The notes: generated from the letters alone by a model not told the origin. A stretch of 64,000 nt of DNA from Candidatus Latescibacterota bacterium (GCA_965242865.1 CBDETK010000013.1:1120001-1184000); one strand, 5' to 3'; shown: positions 35,294 to 45,888, counted from the first letter of the stretch. Made by a program: numbers and translations.

Positions 35294-37168
35294 TTAGCCA
35301 TCTTTGGCCTCACTTGGATCATCTTCTCCCGACATGCGCTGTGCCTTTAGTTGGGCTCCCGCTTCTGTAATGACATACTGCTGGTTCGACGCCCGGGGTT
35401 TCTCCGGGTTGGTCATTTCCACAATCCCGGACTTAATCAGCGGATCGAGGTAGCGTTTCTTGAAATAACCCCGATTGGTTATGCCAAGAGCTTCCAGAAT
35501 ATCGCCCAGCCGACGAGGCACATCGCATAAGTCTATGATTTTCCAGTGAATTGCAGACAACGCTGTCAAAGGAAAAACTTGTGCAGTGGACAAGTCATTG
35601 GAATGTCCCTCAACTTGTGCAGTGGACAAGTCGGGCGGCTTGGGCTGAACTTGTACAGAGACCAAGTCCTCGCCTCGTGTATCAGCTTGCTCAGTTTGGC
35701 GAAATCGATCCTCCAGATGCTCAGCCAAGGCGTACTCTCTGCCAGCTTCGACAATTCTGAAAAGCACTTTTGTGACCAAGACATCGGCTAGTTCCCTCGC
35801 AGCCGGTCCTGCAAGACCTGTTACGGCCTTGACCTGCGAAAGCGTGATTACCTGTTCTCGGCAGCCAAATGCAAATACCCTTGCCTGTTCGTCGGTGAGT
35901 TGTACGCCGAGGCTTGCCTGAAAAAGAATCTGCTGCTCCGACAGAAGTTCTTCTTTTTTTAGGATAAGCTCAAAGCACTTGTGTCTCTTGATGTTGGCAA
36001 TCGCGGGCGGAACATAGCCCAACTCCTGCCAGTTGCGAAAGACATCGCGCAGTCCCCATCCGGCATTCTCGCTCAGCCCGATGCGCCGGAAAGCAGTCAC
36101 GATTCGGGGATTGCGAACCTCCTTTTCACCGGGTTCGAGTAGGTCAGCATCGGTGGCGAAGGCATCGCCGGGATTCCAGAAAACGGTCTGGTCCGTATAG
36201 TGACGGATACTCGCCTTGCGAGAATGATCGGAGTAATCTTGGTGGATGAGCAGGTTGACCATTGATTCGCGAAAAGCGCGGTAGTCCGGCGGCGTATCAT
36301 CTCGCTGCAGAGATGTGGGATCAACTCGGAATGGCACTTCAGCGAATCTCTGGTACCAATCAACAAGGGACTGCCAAGTGCGAATGAGATTCTCGTCGAG
36401 CACAAGTCGATCATTCCAGCGTTCACCAGCATCGGCCCTGTCGCGATCCCGCGCAAATCGCTGACAATCCACTACAGGACGTGGCAAGAGTTGCCGGAAG
36501 GCTGCATTGGTGCCAAACAAAAAAATCGCTGCACGAGATGGATATACCTGGCCGTTCTGTTCAACAAGCAAACCCATCTCGTTGAGGAAGTCCGCGTCGG
36601 ATAGTTTTACGTAGGATCGGTTCCCCGGCCGTCCTTCATAAGTCTCCCGGTACCACTTAATGCTCTCCCTGTCGAGTGCCGTACTCAGGTTAAGATCGAC
36701 GGATTGGCCGTCATAGCGCTCCGCTGCCGCGTCCATGAGAAATCGATTCCGTTCGTTGTCCGAGCAGCGAATGTCGCTTCCTCCGCTGCGAACAAACGAG
36801 CGGCGAATATCCCCGTTCAGGAAGACGGGCTTGTCCGAACGATGCGCTTCAGGCACATAGAAGACAAGCAGGTCCGAGTCGTCGTACTTGTGCAGTTCCT
36901 CCCGAACATCCATCACCACGCTTATCTTGTCGGGTTGCCGCAACGCAGTCAGAAACTCGCTCTGAACTTTATCGACCTCGAGAACGCCAACGACCTCCAT
37001 GTCCTGCCCGCTCTTCTTGACGCCGAACACAAGGTGACCGCCCTCGGTGTTTGCAAAGGCAGACACCGTCTCATAAGCATTTCGCGGCACGGCGCGTTGC
37101 GCTTCCTTGAACTCAACATCGCGCCATTCGTGCGCGTTGAGTAGTTCTATCAGTTCATCCTGCGTCAT
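35294..37168 (-). CDS. Schlafen/AlbA_2 domain + RecG-C/HATPase-like + HTH protein
   Basis: VEFKEA, SAFANTEGG.LVFGV, FRES.VNLLIHQDY, RNPRI..AF, EN.G.G, C-terminal LDPL..G..EMT.PEKP..NQQY. Confidence 0.85.
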   Translation of the reverse strand: MTQDELIELLNAHEWRDVEFKEAQRAVPRNAYETVSAFANTEGGHLVFGVKKSGQDMEVVGVLEVDKVQSEFLTALRQPDKISVVMDVREELHKYDDSDLLVFYVPEAHRSDKPVFLNGDIRRSFVRSGGSDIRCSDNERNRFLMDAAAERYDGQSVDLNLSTALDRESIKWYRETYEGRPGNRSYVKLSDADFLNEMGLLVEQNGQVYPSRAAIFLFGTNAAFRQLLPRPVVDCQRFARDRDRADAGERWNDRLVLDENLIRTWQSLVDWYQRFAEVPFRVDPTSLQRDDTPPDYRAFRESMVNLLIHQDYSDHSRKASIRHYTDQTVFWNPGDAFATDADLLEPGEKEVRNPRIVTAFRRIGLSENAGWGLRDVFRNWQELGYVPPAIANIKRHKCFELILKKEELLSEQQILFQASLGVQLTDEQARVFAFGCREQVITLSQVKAVTGLAGPAARELADVLVTKVLFRIVEAGREYALAEHLEDRFRQTEQADTRGEDLVSVQVQPKPPDLSTAQVEGHSNDLSTAQVFPLTALSAIHWKIIDLCDVPRRLGDILEALGITNRGYFKKRYLDPLIKSGIVEMTNPEKPRASNQQYVITEAGAQLKAQRMSGEDDPSEAKDG

Positions 37169-37275
37169 CTGTTCACTCCAGCCCGATCCTTACCTCTCGT
37201 TCTTGGTCAAGAATTTTCTTCATGAGAGTGTCTTCAACGCCTCGCGCTTCTCTTGTGAATTTTTTCAATTTTCGC

Positions 37276-38340
37276 CTAGCCCGAAGGCCGCATGGCCTCG
37301 CCGCGCAGCAAAAAGGCGCGGATGTCGTAGCGGCCCGGACGCTCAACCGGCAAATCTCCCGCTTCGATCATCACCTCCAGCGGCGAAGCCATCGTCCGCA
37401 ACGGCAGCGCGGTCACCTCGTGGAGCCGCGCCGACTCGTACGCGGCCATGATGATCTCCACCGCCGCCCGGCCGTTTTCCGCACGACCGCGATGCTCAAC
37501 CCGGCCTTCGATCCACTCCACGATCTCGCGCTGCTGCCCAACGCTGGGGTCCTCGCCCTCGGCCGAACGCTCCTCCCAAGTGCCGGTCTGAGTATTGAGC
37601 AGCCGCACCTTGCGCTCGTCGAGTTCGAGGATTCCCTCTGAGCCGTAGAAGACCCCGCCTTGGTAATTCGGGCCGGCCAACTCCTGCAAAAGCTGGCCGA
37701 TGGCCCCGTTGTCGAACTGGACCACGCACAGACTGCGATCCTCAATGGGGATGTCGCGCTCAAAACGCTCGGTCTTGCGCTCGACATTGCCCATCACCCA
37801 CACGGCCTGCGGGTCGCCCATCACGTAGCGCATCATGTCCAACAGGTGCGAGCAGTCGTTGAGCAAGCCCTGACCGCCGCGGGCGTTGACCTGTCGCACC
37901 TCACCAACGGCCCCGGCCGCCACCAGCTCCTTGGCCAAGGTCCACGCCGGATTGAAGCGGCGCTGGTGGGCAATGGCCAGCTTGACGCGGTTGCGCTGGG
38001 CGGCGATTAGCATGGCGTCGCAATCGCCCAAATTCGTCGCCATGGGCTTTTCGCACAGCACGGCTCGGGGCGTGCGCGCACAGGCGGCAATCGTCATCGG
38101 GGCGTGCAACTTGTGCCAAGTGCAAACCGAGACGATGTCGAGCGCCTCTGCGTCGAGCATTTGGCGGAAATCCTCGTAGCGTTGCGCGATCCCATGCCGC
38201 CCGCCGAACTCCTCTCGCGCCGCGGCCACTGGATCGGCCAGCGCCACCACCTCGACTTGGTCCACCCCGTTCCAGCCTTGTACGTGGTAGTTGGCAATGC
38301 CGCCACAGCCGATAATACCCACTCGATACTTCGCTGCCAT
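37276..38340 (-). CDS. Gfo/Idh/MocA oxidoreductase
   Basis: VGIIGCG, VCTW..LH, LCEKPMA, HQRRF. Confidence 0.9.
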   Translation of the reverse strand: MAAKYRVGIIGCGGIANYHVQGWNGVDQVEVVALADPVAAAREEFGGRHGIAQRYEDFRQMLDAEALDIVSVCTWHKLHAPMTIAACARTPRAVLCEKPMATNLGDCDAMLIAAQRNRVKLAIAHQRRFNPAWTLAKELVAAGAVGEVRQVNARGGQGLLNDCSHLLDMMRYVMGDPQAVWVMGNVERKTERFERDIPIEDRSLCVVQFDNGAIGQLLQELAGPNYQGGVFYGSEGILELDERKVRLLNTQTGTWEERSAEGEDPSVGQQREIVEWIEGRVEHRGRAENGRAAVEIIMAAYESARLHEVTALPLRTMASPLEVMIEAGDLPVERPGRYDIRAFLLRGEAMRPSG

Positions 38341-38367
38341 GTCGTCTTCCTTTTCCTTTGTTGAAGG

Positions 38368-40251
38368 TTAGCTGATCCACTCGACAAGCGCGTCCGCGCT
38401 CAGGCCCTCGGCCTCCACCACGAGCCGCGCTTCCGCGCCCGCCGCCCGGGCGATGCGCTCCGGGAAGTGCTCCCCGGCCCCATACACCAACAGCCGCCCA
38501 GGCGCACACAGCGCGAGGGCTGTCCGCACGTCGCCCAAGGCCCGAATCCCGGGCGCGAACAACGCTCCGGTCCACGCTTCGTCGTCGCTCAGGTCGCGGC
38601 CGCCCCAGTCCACGGCCGTGCGGCCGACGCCCCGAACCAACGCCCGCGCAAATAGGCACCAGACGCCGGCCTCGCCTAGGCCGACGAGATGACGCTGGCC
38701 CACGCGCCAATGCTGGTCCAAATAGGCCAGCCCCGTGAGAATATCCTGCACCCGGCAAGCCATGGTCGCCTGATTGTACGTGTGGTACAGGGGATCCAGC
38801 TCGTCGTGCCCTGCCCGCTCGGTGCCATCGGTTAGGAACGGGGCGACGACCAGCACGGCCCCACCCGCCTGCAACAGCCCCTGCGCCAGCTCGCCCGGCT
38901 CGTCGCCGGCCCAGTGCGCGTCGGCAATTAGCGTCGCCGGCACCGCGCCTTGGGGACCTCGCGGCACAAAAAACGCCGTACGCACCCGCTCCCCTCGGCC
39001 CACGCGCCCCAAGACTAGCTGCTCGGCCACATAGCCCGCTTCCCGTTGAAACCCCAAGCTCTCGACCGCTACTTGGGGCGCGGCCTCCACCCCGAGCAGA
39101 CTCGCCAACGCCGAGCGCGTGGGCCGCTCAAAGCACCCCAACCGCCCGGCCAACCGCTGCTCGCTACGGGCGATCACGGCCGCAAAGACCCCTGGCGCGT
39201 CGAGCGCGTGGGCCGGCTTTGCACGGCCGCTGAACACCAGCAAATCCTCGTCCCGCTCCACGGCAAACGCCTGCTCGGCGACCCGTCCCTGCCCGCCGAG
39301 CAGGTGGCACTTAAAAAACGCGTACACCGCCTCGCGGCTCGGCTGGTTGTAGTTGTGCGGGGCGTCTATCTGCACCGCGCTCACCTGATCTTGCGCTCCG
39401 TAGAGGTCGTAGATCGCACGCACGGCCGGGAATTCCACCTCGGGCGTGTTCGCGGTCCAGTCGCCGGTACACGACACCAGCAACAAGGGCCGCGGTGCCA
39501 TGCAACTGGCGATTTCTACGTTGTTGATGTCCAGCCGCAAGTGGCCCTGATTCTCGCAGCGACAGCCGCCCTGCATGAAGGCCGAGACCATGTTGACCGG
39601 GGCGGCGGCCTTAATCCGCTCGTCGACCGCCATCAGCAAAAAGGTCTGCGTCCCCCCGCCGGACGCGCCCGTGCAGCCGATGCGCTCGGCCTGTACATCC
39701 GCCAGCGAGGCGAGCAAGTCAATCGCCCGAATGCTGTTCCACAGTTGCAAGCTCAACGCGCCGATTCCCCACAGGGCCTCGCGCCGCCCCCCAATCTCCC
39801 GATGCACCAATTGATCGCTGTCGTTGTACCCGACCATGTCGTACGAAAAGGCCACGAGGCCCTGCCGCGCAAAGTTGATGCAGCGCCCGGCAATCGACCC
39901 CAACTCGGCGTTTTCGAGCCGCCCGCGCGGCCAGTGGCCGTGCGGACAAGCAACCGCCGGAAAAGGCCCCTCCCCGAGCGGCCGGTACAGATTGCCGCAG
40001 ACGAAAAACCCGGGTAGGCTCTCGAAAAAGACCTTTTCCACTGCATAGCCCTCCCGCTCAATCCGCCCAAAAATCTGCGCCTTGAGCGGCGTCTTGGCCG
40101 GCAGGGGCCACAAGCCAGCGCAGACGAGAATGTGCTGGCGGATGGCCGCGGCCCGCTTTTCCCACTCGGCCAGCGTCCCATAGCGGCGCAAGGCCCACGG
40201 CGTACTGACGTGCTTGGGAGCACCAAGCCGCGCATCGCGTACAACAGCCAT
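38368..40251 (-). CDS. Alpha/beta hydrolase (acetylxylan esterase-like, two domains)
   Basis: PHGH, YDMVG, GASGGGTQT nucleophile elbow, MAPRPL, PHNY. Confidence 0.82.
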   Translation of the reverse strand: MAVVRDARLGAPKHVSTPWALRRYGTLAEWEKRAAAIRQHILVCAGLWPLPAKTPLKAQIFGRIEREGYAVEKVFFESLPGFFVCGNLYRPLGEGPFPAVACPHGHWPRGRLENAELGSIAGRCINFARQGLVAFSYDMVGYNDSDQLVHREIGGRREALWGIGALSLQLWNSIRAIDLLASLADVQAERIGCTGASGGGTQTFLLMAVDERIKAAAPVNMVSAFMQGGCRCENQGHLRLDINNVEIASCMAPRPLLLVSCTGDWTANTPEVEFPAVRAIYDLYGAQDQVSAVQIDAPHNYNQPSREAVYAFFKCHLLGGQGRVAEQAFAVERDEDLLVFSGRAKPAHALDAPGVFAAVIARSEQRLAGRLGCFERPTRSALASLLGVEAAPQVAVESLGFQREAGYVAEQLVLGRVGRGERVRTAFFVPRGPQGAVPATLIADAHWAGDEPGELAQGLLQAGGAVLVVAPFLTDGTERAGHDELDPLYHTYNQATMACRVQDILTGLAYLDQHWRVGQRHLVGLGEAGVWCLFARALVRGVGRTAVDWGGRDLSDDEAWTGALFAPGIRALGDVRTALALCAPGRLLVYGAGEHFPERIARAAGAEARLVVEAEGLSADALVEWIS

Positions 40252-40355
40252 TATGTTCCTCCTATAATTGATATTCGACTTGACGCGCTTCTAAGGACGC
40301 GGGACATTGGGATTAATCAATCCCACTCAATGCTCATCACAGGAGCACCAACAGC

Positions 40356-40664
40356 ATGGGCAACCAGGTGAAGTCTATCAAACCTGTAGTACACCACATT
40401 CCCATCACCAAAGCACGCATCAACCTAGGTCAAGTCGTGCGCCGCGCCCACCTCAATCGCGAGTGTTTTGTCCTAGAGAAGGACGGCATCCCCGTGGCTG
40501 GCATCATGAACGTGGACGACATGGAAGACTGGCTCGAACACCAAGCCCCAGAGATGCGAACCCAGATTGGCCATGTAGAATACCAAGAGGGCAAGACGAC
40601 CTCACTCGATGCGTTCATTGCGGATGTACGCAAGAAAAGCCTCGGCAAGCGGCAAAGCAAGTAA
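40356..40664 (+). CDS. Phd/YefM-like antitoxin (orphan)
   Basis: IPITKARINLGQVVRR....FVLEKDGIPVAGIM..DD.E; no toxin ORF downstream. Confidence 0.7.
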   Translation: MGNQVKSIKPVVHHIPITKARINLGQVVRRAHLNRECFVLEKDGIPVAGIMNVDDMEDWLEHQAPEMRTQIGHVEYQEGKTTSLDAFIADVRKKSLGKRQSK

Positions 40665-40699
40665 TCCTCGGGGGCCTGTCGCGCCCTTTAGCCCCCGCA

Positions 40700-41887
40700 C
40701 TACCAAGGAATAGCGTCGTACAGAAAGGCCGCGGCCGCGGCATGCGCCCGACTGTTGGGATGAAAATCCGTCGGATGGACCCAGTACTGCTGGGCGTCCT
40801 TGCCAGCGAAGAGCGGGAGCAGATCCACGGAGTGGATTCCCTCCTGCTGCGCCACGGCCTCGATAATTTCGTGTACCTCTGTTAGGGGATAGGCGTCGAG
40901 TTGGTAGAATAGAGGCCAGACGACCAAAGAGAATGCAATCCCCCTAGCCGCGCAGTAATCCTTCATCCAGCCGAGCAACTGCCGGGTCTGGGGCCAATGG
41001 GGGTTGTTGGTGTAGAGTTGTCGATACCACTCAGTGGTCTCGCGGGCGATCTGCTGCCGCTTCCAGCGCGTGGCAAACCAACGCAGGGTATAGCTATCCC
41101 ATCCCGCCAAAAATCGGACGGCATTCGATCTGGACCGCAAGCCTATAAAATTGTTAAATTCACCGTCCAACTCTAGACGACGCCCACCGTTCTCACCGTC
41201 CAACGCTAGACGACGCCCGCCGTTCTCACCTGTAAAACCTCCCAATTCTCTGCCCCACTTCTTCAGACGCCCCTGCTTAATTGGATCGTTTAGGACAAAC
41301 GAATACACGACGTGATCGACCCGAGCAAAGTACTCGACATAGTGTTCCATGGCCTCGGCGACCTCCCCGATATGCCTGCCCCCTTCACAGGCATTGAAGA
41401 TCCGATAGTGCTCGGCGGGGTGCTCCCGATTCAAGCGGGTCTCCAAGACATTCGAAAAGCGATCCACGACCCGCACTCCCGTACCAAAACAAAAGGAGTC
41501 GCCGACCAACAAGACGATTTTGTCTCTCTCCGCGTCGAACTCAGCCATGGGCCGCTCGCGCCGTCTCTTCTCGTTGCGGCACCACTCAATGGCATTGGGC
41601 ACTTTGCGCGGCGATAGATCGGCGAGGGCGGGATCGTCGTTCGCATTCGCCCTATAGGTCAATTCCCCCAACGGGTGTGCCCGCCGCAGATCCCAGTCGG
41701 GAGTACCCGCAAAGTGGTCGTCGTAGCACATCAGTCTAAGGCTTGGATCGTTCGTCTGGTAGATGACCATGGGATAGATCGGATCGGCCCGAGCGACGAG
41801 CCAAAAAGAGATTTCAACGACGAGCGCACTAACGGCCAAACTCGCAATGGCCAACAGCAGTTTACCGCCAATTGTGTCACGATTCAT
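40700..41887 (-). CDS. SGNH/GDSL hydrolase family membrane-anchored protein
   Basis: N-terminal TM; VGDSFCFG, FVLND, D.HPN..AH; AAGGAGG RBS before ATG 41887. Confidence 0.8.
   Translation of the reverse strand: MNRDTIGGKLLLAIASLAVSALVVEISFWLVARADPIYPMVIYQTNDPSLRLMCYDDHFAGTPDWDLRRAHPLGELTYRANANDDPALADLSPRKVPNAIEWCRNEKRRRERPMAEFDAERDKIVLLVGDSFCFGTGVRVVDRFSNVLETRLNREHPAEHYRIFNACEGGRHIGEVAEAMEHYVEYFARVDHVVYSFVLNDPIKQGRLKKWGRELGGFTGENGGRRLALDGENGGRRLELDGEFNNFIGLRSRSNAVRFLAGWDSYTLRWFATRWKRQQIARETTEWYRQLYTNNPHWPQTRQLLGWMKDYCAARGIAFSLVVWPLFYQLDAYPLTEVHEIIEAVAQQEGIHSVDLLPLFAGKDAQQYWVHPTDFHPNSRAHAAAAAFLYDAIPW
41160..41230. repeat. 33-bp in-frame tandem duplication (GENGGRRLxLD)
   Basis: CACCGTCCAAC.CTAGACGACGCCC.CCGTTCT repeated with 33-nt period. 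Confidence 0.85.
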
Positions 41888-41914
41888 TTGCGGAATGTCC
41901 TCCTTTAACACACG

Positions 41915-42955
41915 TCAAGTCGCCCGCGGCCAGAGCAACGCCCGCTCCGCGTCAATGCGCGGATACACGATCTCGCCCGGGGCAAAACGCCGCTCCTTAG
42001 ACGCGGTGATGTGGATGGACGCCCCGGCCCAATCCACCGATAAAATCCACTCGGCCCCCGCGTCCTCCACCACGCGCACTACGCCCGGCACCCGCCCCCC
42101 GGTGGGCGCGATGTCCTCCGGCCGGACCCCGAGCAGCATTTCGCCCGCGCCGCTTCCGCTCTGCGCTGGCATCCGCTCAACCTCGTTGGGGCCAATCCAC
42201 CTATCCCCGCGCCGCTCAACGCAGAGGATGTTGATCGCGGGTTGCCCCAACTGACGCGCCACTACCGGCGAGACCGGCCGGCGATAAACATCCTCTGGGC
42301 TGCCCTGCTGCAAAATCCGCCCCTCGGCCAGCACGGCGATGGAATCGCCCATGGACAGGGCCTCGGCTTGGTCGTGGGTCACGTAAATCGCCGGGATGCC
42401 CAGCTCTTGCCGCAACAGGGCCAGCTCTAGGCGGAGGGACTCCCGCAGCTTGGCGTCCAAATTGGTCAACGGCTCGTCGAACAGAAACAGCCGCGGCCGC
42501 CGCACAATCGCCTGCCCAATGGCCACCCGCTGCATCTCCCCCCCGGACAAGCGGGCGGCTGGCCGGTCGAGCAAACGCTCGATCTGGAGTAGCTCGGCCG
42601 CCCAGCCGACGCGGCGGTCCAGCTCGTCGCTCGACAGCGCCCGGCGCGGTGCTTTGAGCGGAAATTCCAAATTGCGCCGCACACTCCAATCGGGATACAG
42701 GGCAAAGTGCTGAAAGACCAATGCAACGTCGCGGTCGGCCGGCGGCCAGTGCGTCACCTCGTCGCCGCCCAGCTCGACCCGGCCCGCGTCGGGCGCGTCC
42801 AAGCCCGCGACGATCCGCAGCAGCGTGGTCTTGCCCGCGCCAGTAGGCCCCAGCACCACCAGCATCTCGTCGGCCCCCAACGACAGGTCAATGCCCGCCA
42901 GGACCTCGGCTTGACCAAAGCACCGCCGCACCCCTTGTAGCTGCAACCAAGCCAT
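41915..42955 (-). CDS. Sugar ABC transporter ATP-binding protein
   Basis: GPTGAGKT, LSGGEMQR, FDEPL, VTHDQ. Confidence 0.9.
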   Translation of the reverse strand: MAWLQLQGVRRCFGQAEVLAGIDLSLGADEMLVVLGPTGAGKTTLLRIVAGLDAPDAGRVELGGDEVTHWPPADRDVALVFQHFALYPDWSVRRNLEFPLKAPRRALSSDELDRRVGWAAELLQIERLLDRPAARLSGGEMQRVAIGQAIVRRPRLFLFDEPLTNLDAKLRESLRLELALLRQELGIPAIYVTHDQAEALSMGDSIAVLAEGRILQQGSPEDVYRRPVSPVVARQLGQPAINILCVERRGDRWIGPNEVERMPAQSGSGAGEMLLGVRPEDIAPTGGRVPGVVRVVEDAGAEWILSVDWAGASIHITASKERRFAPGEIVYPRIDAERALLWPRAT

Positions 42956-43995
42956 CAGAGCCGCTGGCCGCTCGTCGGATCGAACAACAGCACCCGGTCC
43001 AAGTCCAAGCCCACGGCCGCGCCCACGGCCAGCCGCTGCCGCGCGGGCACCCGCATGACCAGCCGGCCGCACTCGGCCCGCAGGTGGATGTAGCGACACG
43101 CGCCTTGGTACTCGTCGCGCACCACCTCGGCCCGCAGCCGCGCCTTGGCGACCGGCCGCACGAACTCCGGCCGCACCCCCAGCGTCGCCGGTCCCGGGCG
43201 CACCGGCTCGGCCAGCGGCCAGACCCACCCGGGCGCGGCAAAGCAGTCCCCGCGAACTTCTCCGGCGATGAAGTTCATGCTGGGGCTGCCGATAAAGCGC
43301 GCCACAAACAGGTCGGCCGGCTGGTCATATACCCAAGCCGCGGCCCCGCGCTGGCGGATCCGGCCCTCGTCCATGACCACCACTTGATCGGCCAAGCTCA
43401 TGGCCTCCTCTTGATCGTGGGTCACGTACACGGTGGCGATGCCGGCGTCGAGCTGTTGGGCGCGGATCATCGCCCGCAGCTCCAGCCGCAAGTCCGCGTC
43501 GAGCGTGCCCAGCGGCTCGTCCATCAGGTAGAGCTGGGGCCGCCGCACCATGGCCCGCGCCAAGGCCACCCGCTGCTGATCGCCGCCGGCGAGCTGCCGG
43601 GGATAGCGCCCGACCAACGCGCCCAACCCCAACCGCTCGACCATGTCGGCCACCCGCTGCCGGCGTTCCCGACGACTCAACCCCATGCTCTCCAGCGGAA
43701 AGCCGATGTTGTCCTCGACCTTCAGGTGCGGATAGAGCGCGTAAAACTGAAATGCGAACCCCACGTCCCGCTCGGCCGGCGAACAGCCGGTGATGTCTGT
43801 GCCGGCCAGCACAATTTGCCCGGCCGTGGGCTGTTCGAGGCCAGCGACCATCCGCAACGTCGTCGTCTTGCCGCACCCGGAAGGCCCCAACAGCACGGTG
43901 AACTCGCCCTCGCCGCAGCGCAAGTCAAGGCCGCGGACGGCGCACGTGCCGTCGGCATACACCTTGGTCAAGCCCGCGCAGACGAGAAAGCTCAT
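42955..43995 (-). CDS. Sugar ABC transporter ATP-binding protein
   Basis: GPSGCGKT, LAGGDQQR, MDEPL, VTHDQ. Confidence 0.9.
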   Translation of the reverse strand: MSFLVCAGLTKVYADGTCAVRGLDLRCGEGEFTVLLGPSGCGKTTTLRMVAGLEQPTAGQIVLAGTDITGCSPAERDVGFAFQFYALYPHLKVEDNIGFPLESMGLSRRERRQRVADMVERLGLGALVGRYPRQLAGGDQQRVALARAMVRRPQLYLMDEPLGTLDADLRLELRAMIRAQQLDAGIATVYVTHDQEEAMSLADQVVVMDEGRIRQRGAAAWVYDQPADLFVARFIGSPSMNFIAGEVRGDCFAAPGWVWPLAEPVRPGPATLGVRPEFVRPVAKARLRAEVVRDEYQGACRYIHLRAECGRLVMRVPARQRLAVGAAVGLDLDRVLLFDPTSGQRL

Positions 43996-44156
43996 CGCTC
44001 CTCGAGCGGCCCATGCGAGGTTATGATGTGCAGGATGGTACCCAGCGCGGTGACAAAAAATCCATAGCGCAGCCCGTCGCCCCACAGCGGCTGCAACATC
44101 AAGCCCACGCCGACGACCATGCCCGCGAGAGCGACGCGATCCAACCACCGGATCAT
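43992..44156 (-). CDS. Small membrane protein in the ABC operon
   Basis: MIRWLDRVALAG...LMLQP...GFFVT...HIITSH; ATGA overlaps on both sides. Confidence 0.7.
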   Translation of the reverse strand: MIRWLDRVALAGMVVGVGLMLQPLWGDGLRYGFFVTALGTILHIITSHGPLEER

Positions 44157-45016
44157 CGCTTGATCGTCCCAAAGGTGACGCCGCGCAGCAGGTGCTGGCG
44201 CACCAAGACCGTGAAGACGATGATCGGCGCGACAAAAACGAGCATCCCCGCGCTGATTTGGGCCCACGGCAAACCCGACACATTGCCCTGCAAACCAGCA
44301 AAGTAAACCGGCACCGTAACGGCCTTTTGGTTGTTGAGCGTCATGGCAAACCCGTACTCGTTCCACGCGGAGATCAGGCAGAACACCGCGGTGACCGCCA
44401 TCCCGGGCACGGCCCGCGGCAGGACGACCCAGCGGAAGGCTTGGAAGCGCGTATAGCCGGCCACCAGCGCGGCCTCTTCGTACGCCGTGGGGATTTCGTC
44501 GATAAAGCCCTTCATCAGCCACACGGCCAGCGACATATTGAACGCCGTGTACAGCAGGACTAGGCCCATGTAGCTGTTTTGGAGCTCGAACTCGCGGTAC
44601 ATCATCAACAGCGGCACGACCACCGCGAGGGGCGGCAAAAAGCGCGTCGAGAGAATGAAGAACAGCCAGTCGCGCCCCCCGGGGATGGCAAAGCGGCTAA
44701 AGCCATACGCCGCGCAGGTGCCAATCAGCACCGAGCACAAGGTGCTAATCAGGCCAATGACCAAGCTGTTGCCCAAGTAGTGGAAAAAGGAGCGCTCGCC
44801 GCCGGCGTACACCGCGGCCAGTTGGCGGTAGCCATCGAGATTGGGGCGGAAAGACTTGCCGTCGGCCGCGACCGGGCTGGCCCACGTGGGCGCGAACTTG
44901 GGCTGCACGGCAATGCTGTCGTCCCGCGTCTTAACCGAGGTCAACACGAGCCAGACCAGCGGCAGCATGGCCGCGGCAAAGTAGCCTCCGACCCAGACAA
45001 TGCGCAGCGCCTTCAC
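44153..45016 (-). CDS. Carbohydrate ABC transporter permease (MalG-like)
   Basis: NSL...AAYGFSRF, EIP..YEEAA...G, AWNEY. Confidence 0.9.
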   Translation of the reverse strand: MKALRIVWVGGYFAAAMLPLVWLVLTSVKTRDDSIAVQPKFAPTWASPVAADGKSFRPNLDGYRQLAAVYAGGERSFFHYLGNSLVIGLISTLCSVLIGTCAAYGFSRFAIPGGRDWLFFILSTRFLPPLAVVVPLLMMYREFELQNSYMGLVLLYTAFNMSLAVWLMKGFIDEIPTAYEEAALVAGYTRFQAFRWVVLPRAVPGMAVTAVFCLISAWNEYGFAMTLNNQKAVTVPVYFAGLQGNVSGLPWAQISAGMLVFVAPIIVFTVLVRQHLLRGVTFGTIKR

Positions 45017-45888
45017 CGGACCGTGGCCTCCTCGCGCCGCTGCAGCGCGCTCGCGTAGCGCACAAACGCGCTGGCCAGCGCGATCACCAGCACCAGCACC
45101 ACATACGAATACGCCGCGCCCAAGCCCACCTTGCCGTCGCGGAACACCACCTGATAGAGCAGTGCACTCACCGTTTGGGTTGCCGGGTCGTTGGGGCCGG
45201 TGATCGCCATGACCAAATCGAACTGCTTGAGCGCGTCCGTGGCTCTCAGCAGCACGGCCAGCCCCAAAAGCGGCGCGCACAACGGCAGGGTGATCCGGCG
45301 AAAGACTTTCCACCGCGAGGCTCGGTCTATGGCCGCGGCCTCGTACAGGTACCCGGGGATGGCGTTGAGCGCGGCCAGCCCAATAAGCATCATAAACGGC
45401 GTCCACATCCACACGTCGATCAGCAAAATCGACAGGAGCTTGAGGTCCGGGTCCGTAATCCACTGGGGTTGGCCCAACCCCAGGGCGTCGAGGCACTGGT
45501 TGAGGATGCCGTAGTGCCCGTTGAGCACCAGCTTCCAAAAGAGCGCGATCACGGCCGGCGGCAACATCATCGGCACCAACAGCGCGGTCAGCACAAACGC
45601 CCGGCCACCAAAGCGATCTTTGAGCGCCAGCGCCAAGGCAAAGCCCAAGACCAGTTCCGCGGCCACGGCCGTGCAGACAAACAGCGCGGTCGTCCGCAGC
45701 GCGGCCCCGTACTGGGCGAACTTGAACGCCACCGCGTAGTTGAGCCCCCCCACGAATTTCCACGTCCCGCCGACCAAATCTACATTGGTGAAGCTGAGTG
45801 CGATGCTGTACAGCAGGGGGAAGACGTTTACGCCAATGAGCAAGCCGAGGGCCGGCCCCACAAACGCATACCCCGTTCTACTCCGCAC
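45013..45888 (-). CDS. Carbohydrate ABC transporter permease (MalF-like)
   Basis: DVWMWTPF, LYEAAAIDRA...F..ITLP. Confidence 0.9.
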   Translation of the reverse strand: MRSRTGYAFVGPALGLLIGVNVFPLLYSIALSFTNVDLVGGTWKFVGGLNYAVAFKFAQYGAALRTTALFVCTAVAAELVLGFALALALKDRFGGRAFVLTALLVPMMLPPAVIALFWKLVLNGHYGILNQCLDALGLGQPQWITDPDLKLLSILLIDVWMWTPFMMLIGLAALNAIPGYLYEAAAIDRASRWKVFRRITLPLCAPLLGLAVLLRATDALKQFDLVMAITGPNDPATQTVSALLYQVVFRDGKVGLGAAYSYVVLVLVIALASAFVRYASALQRREEATVR

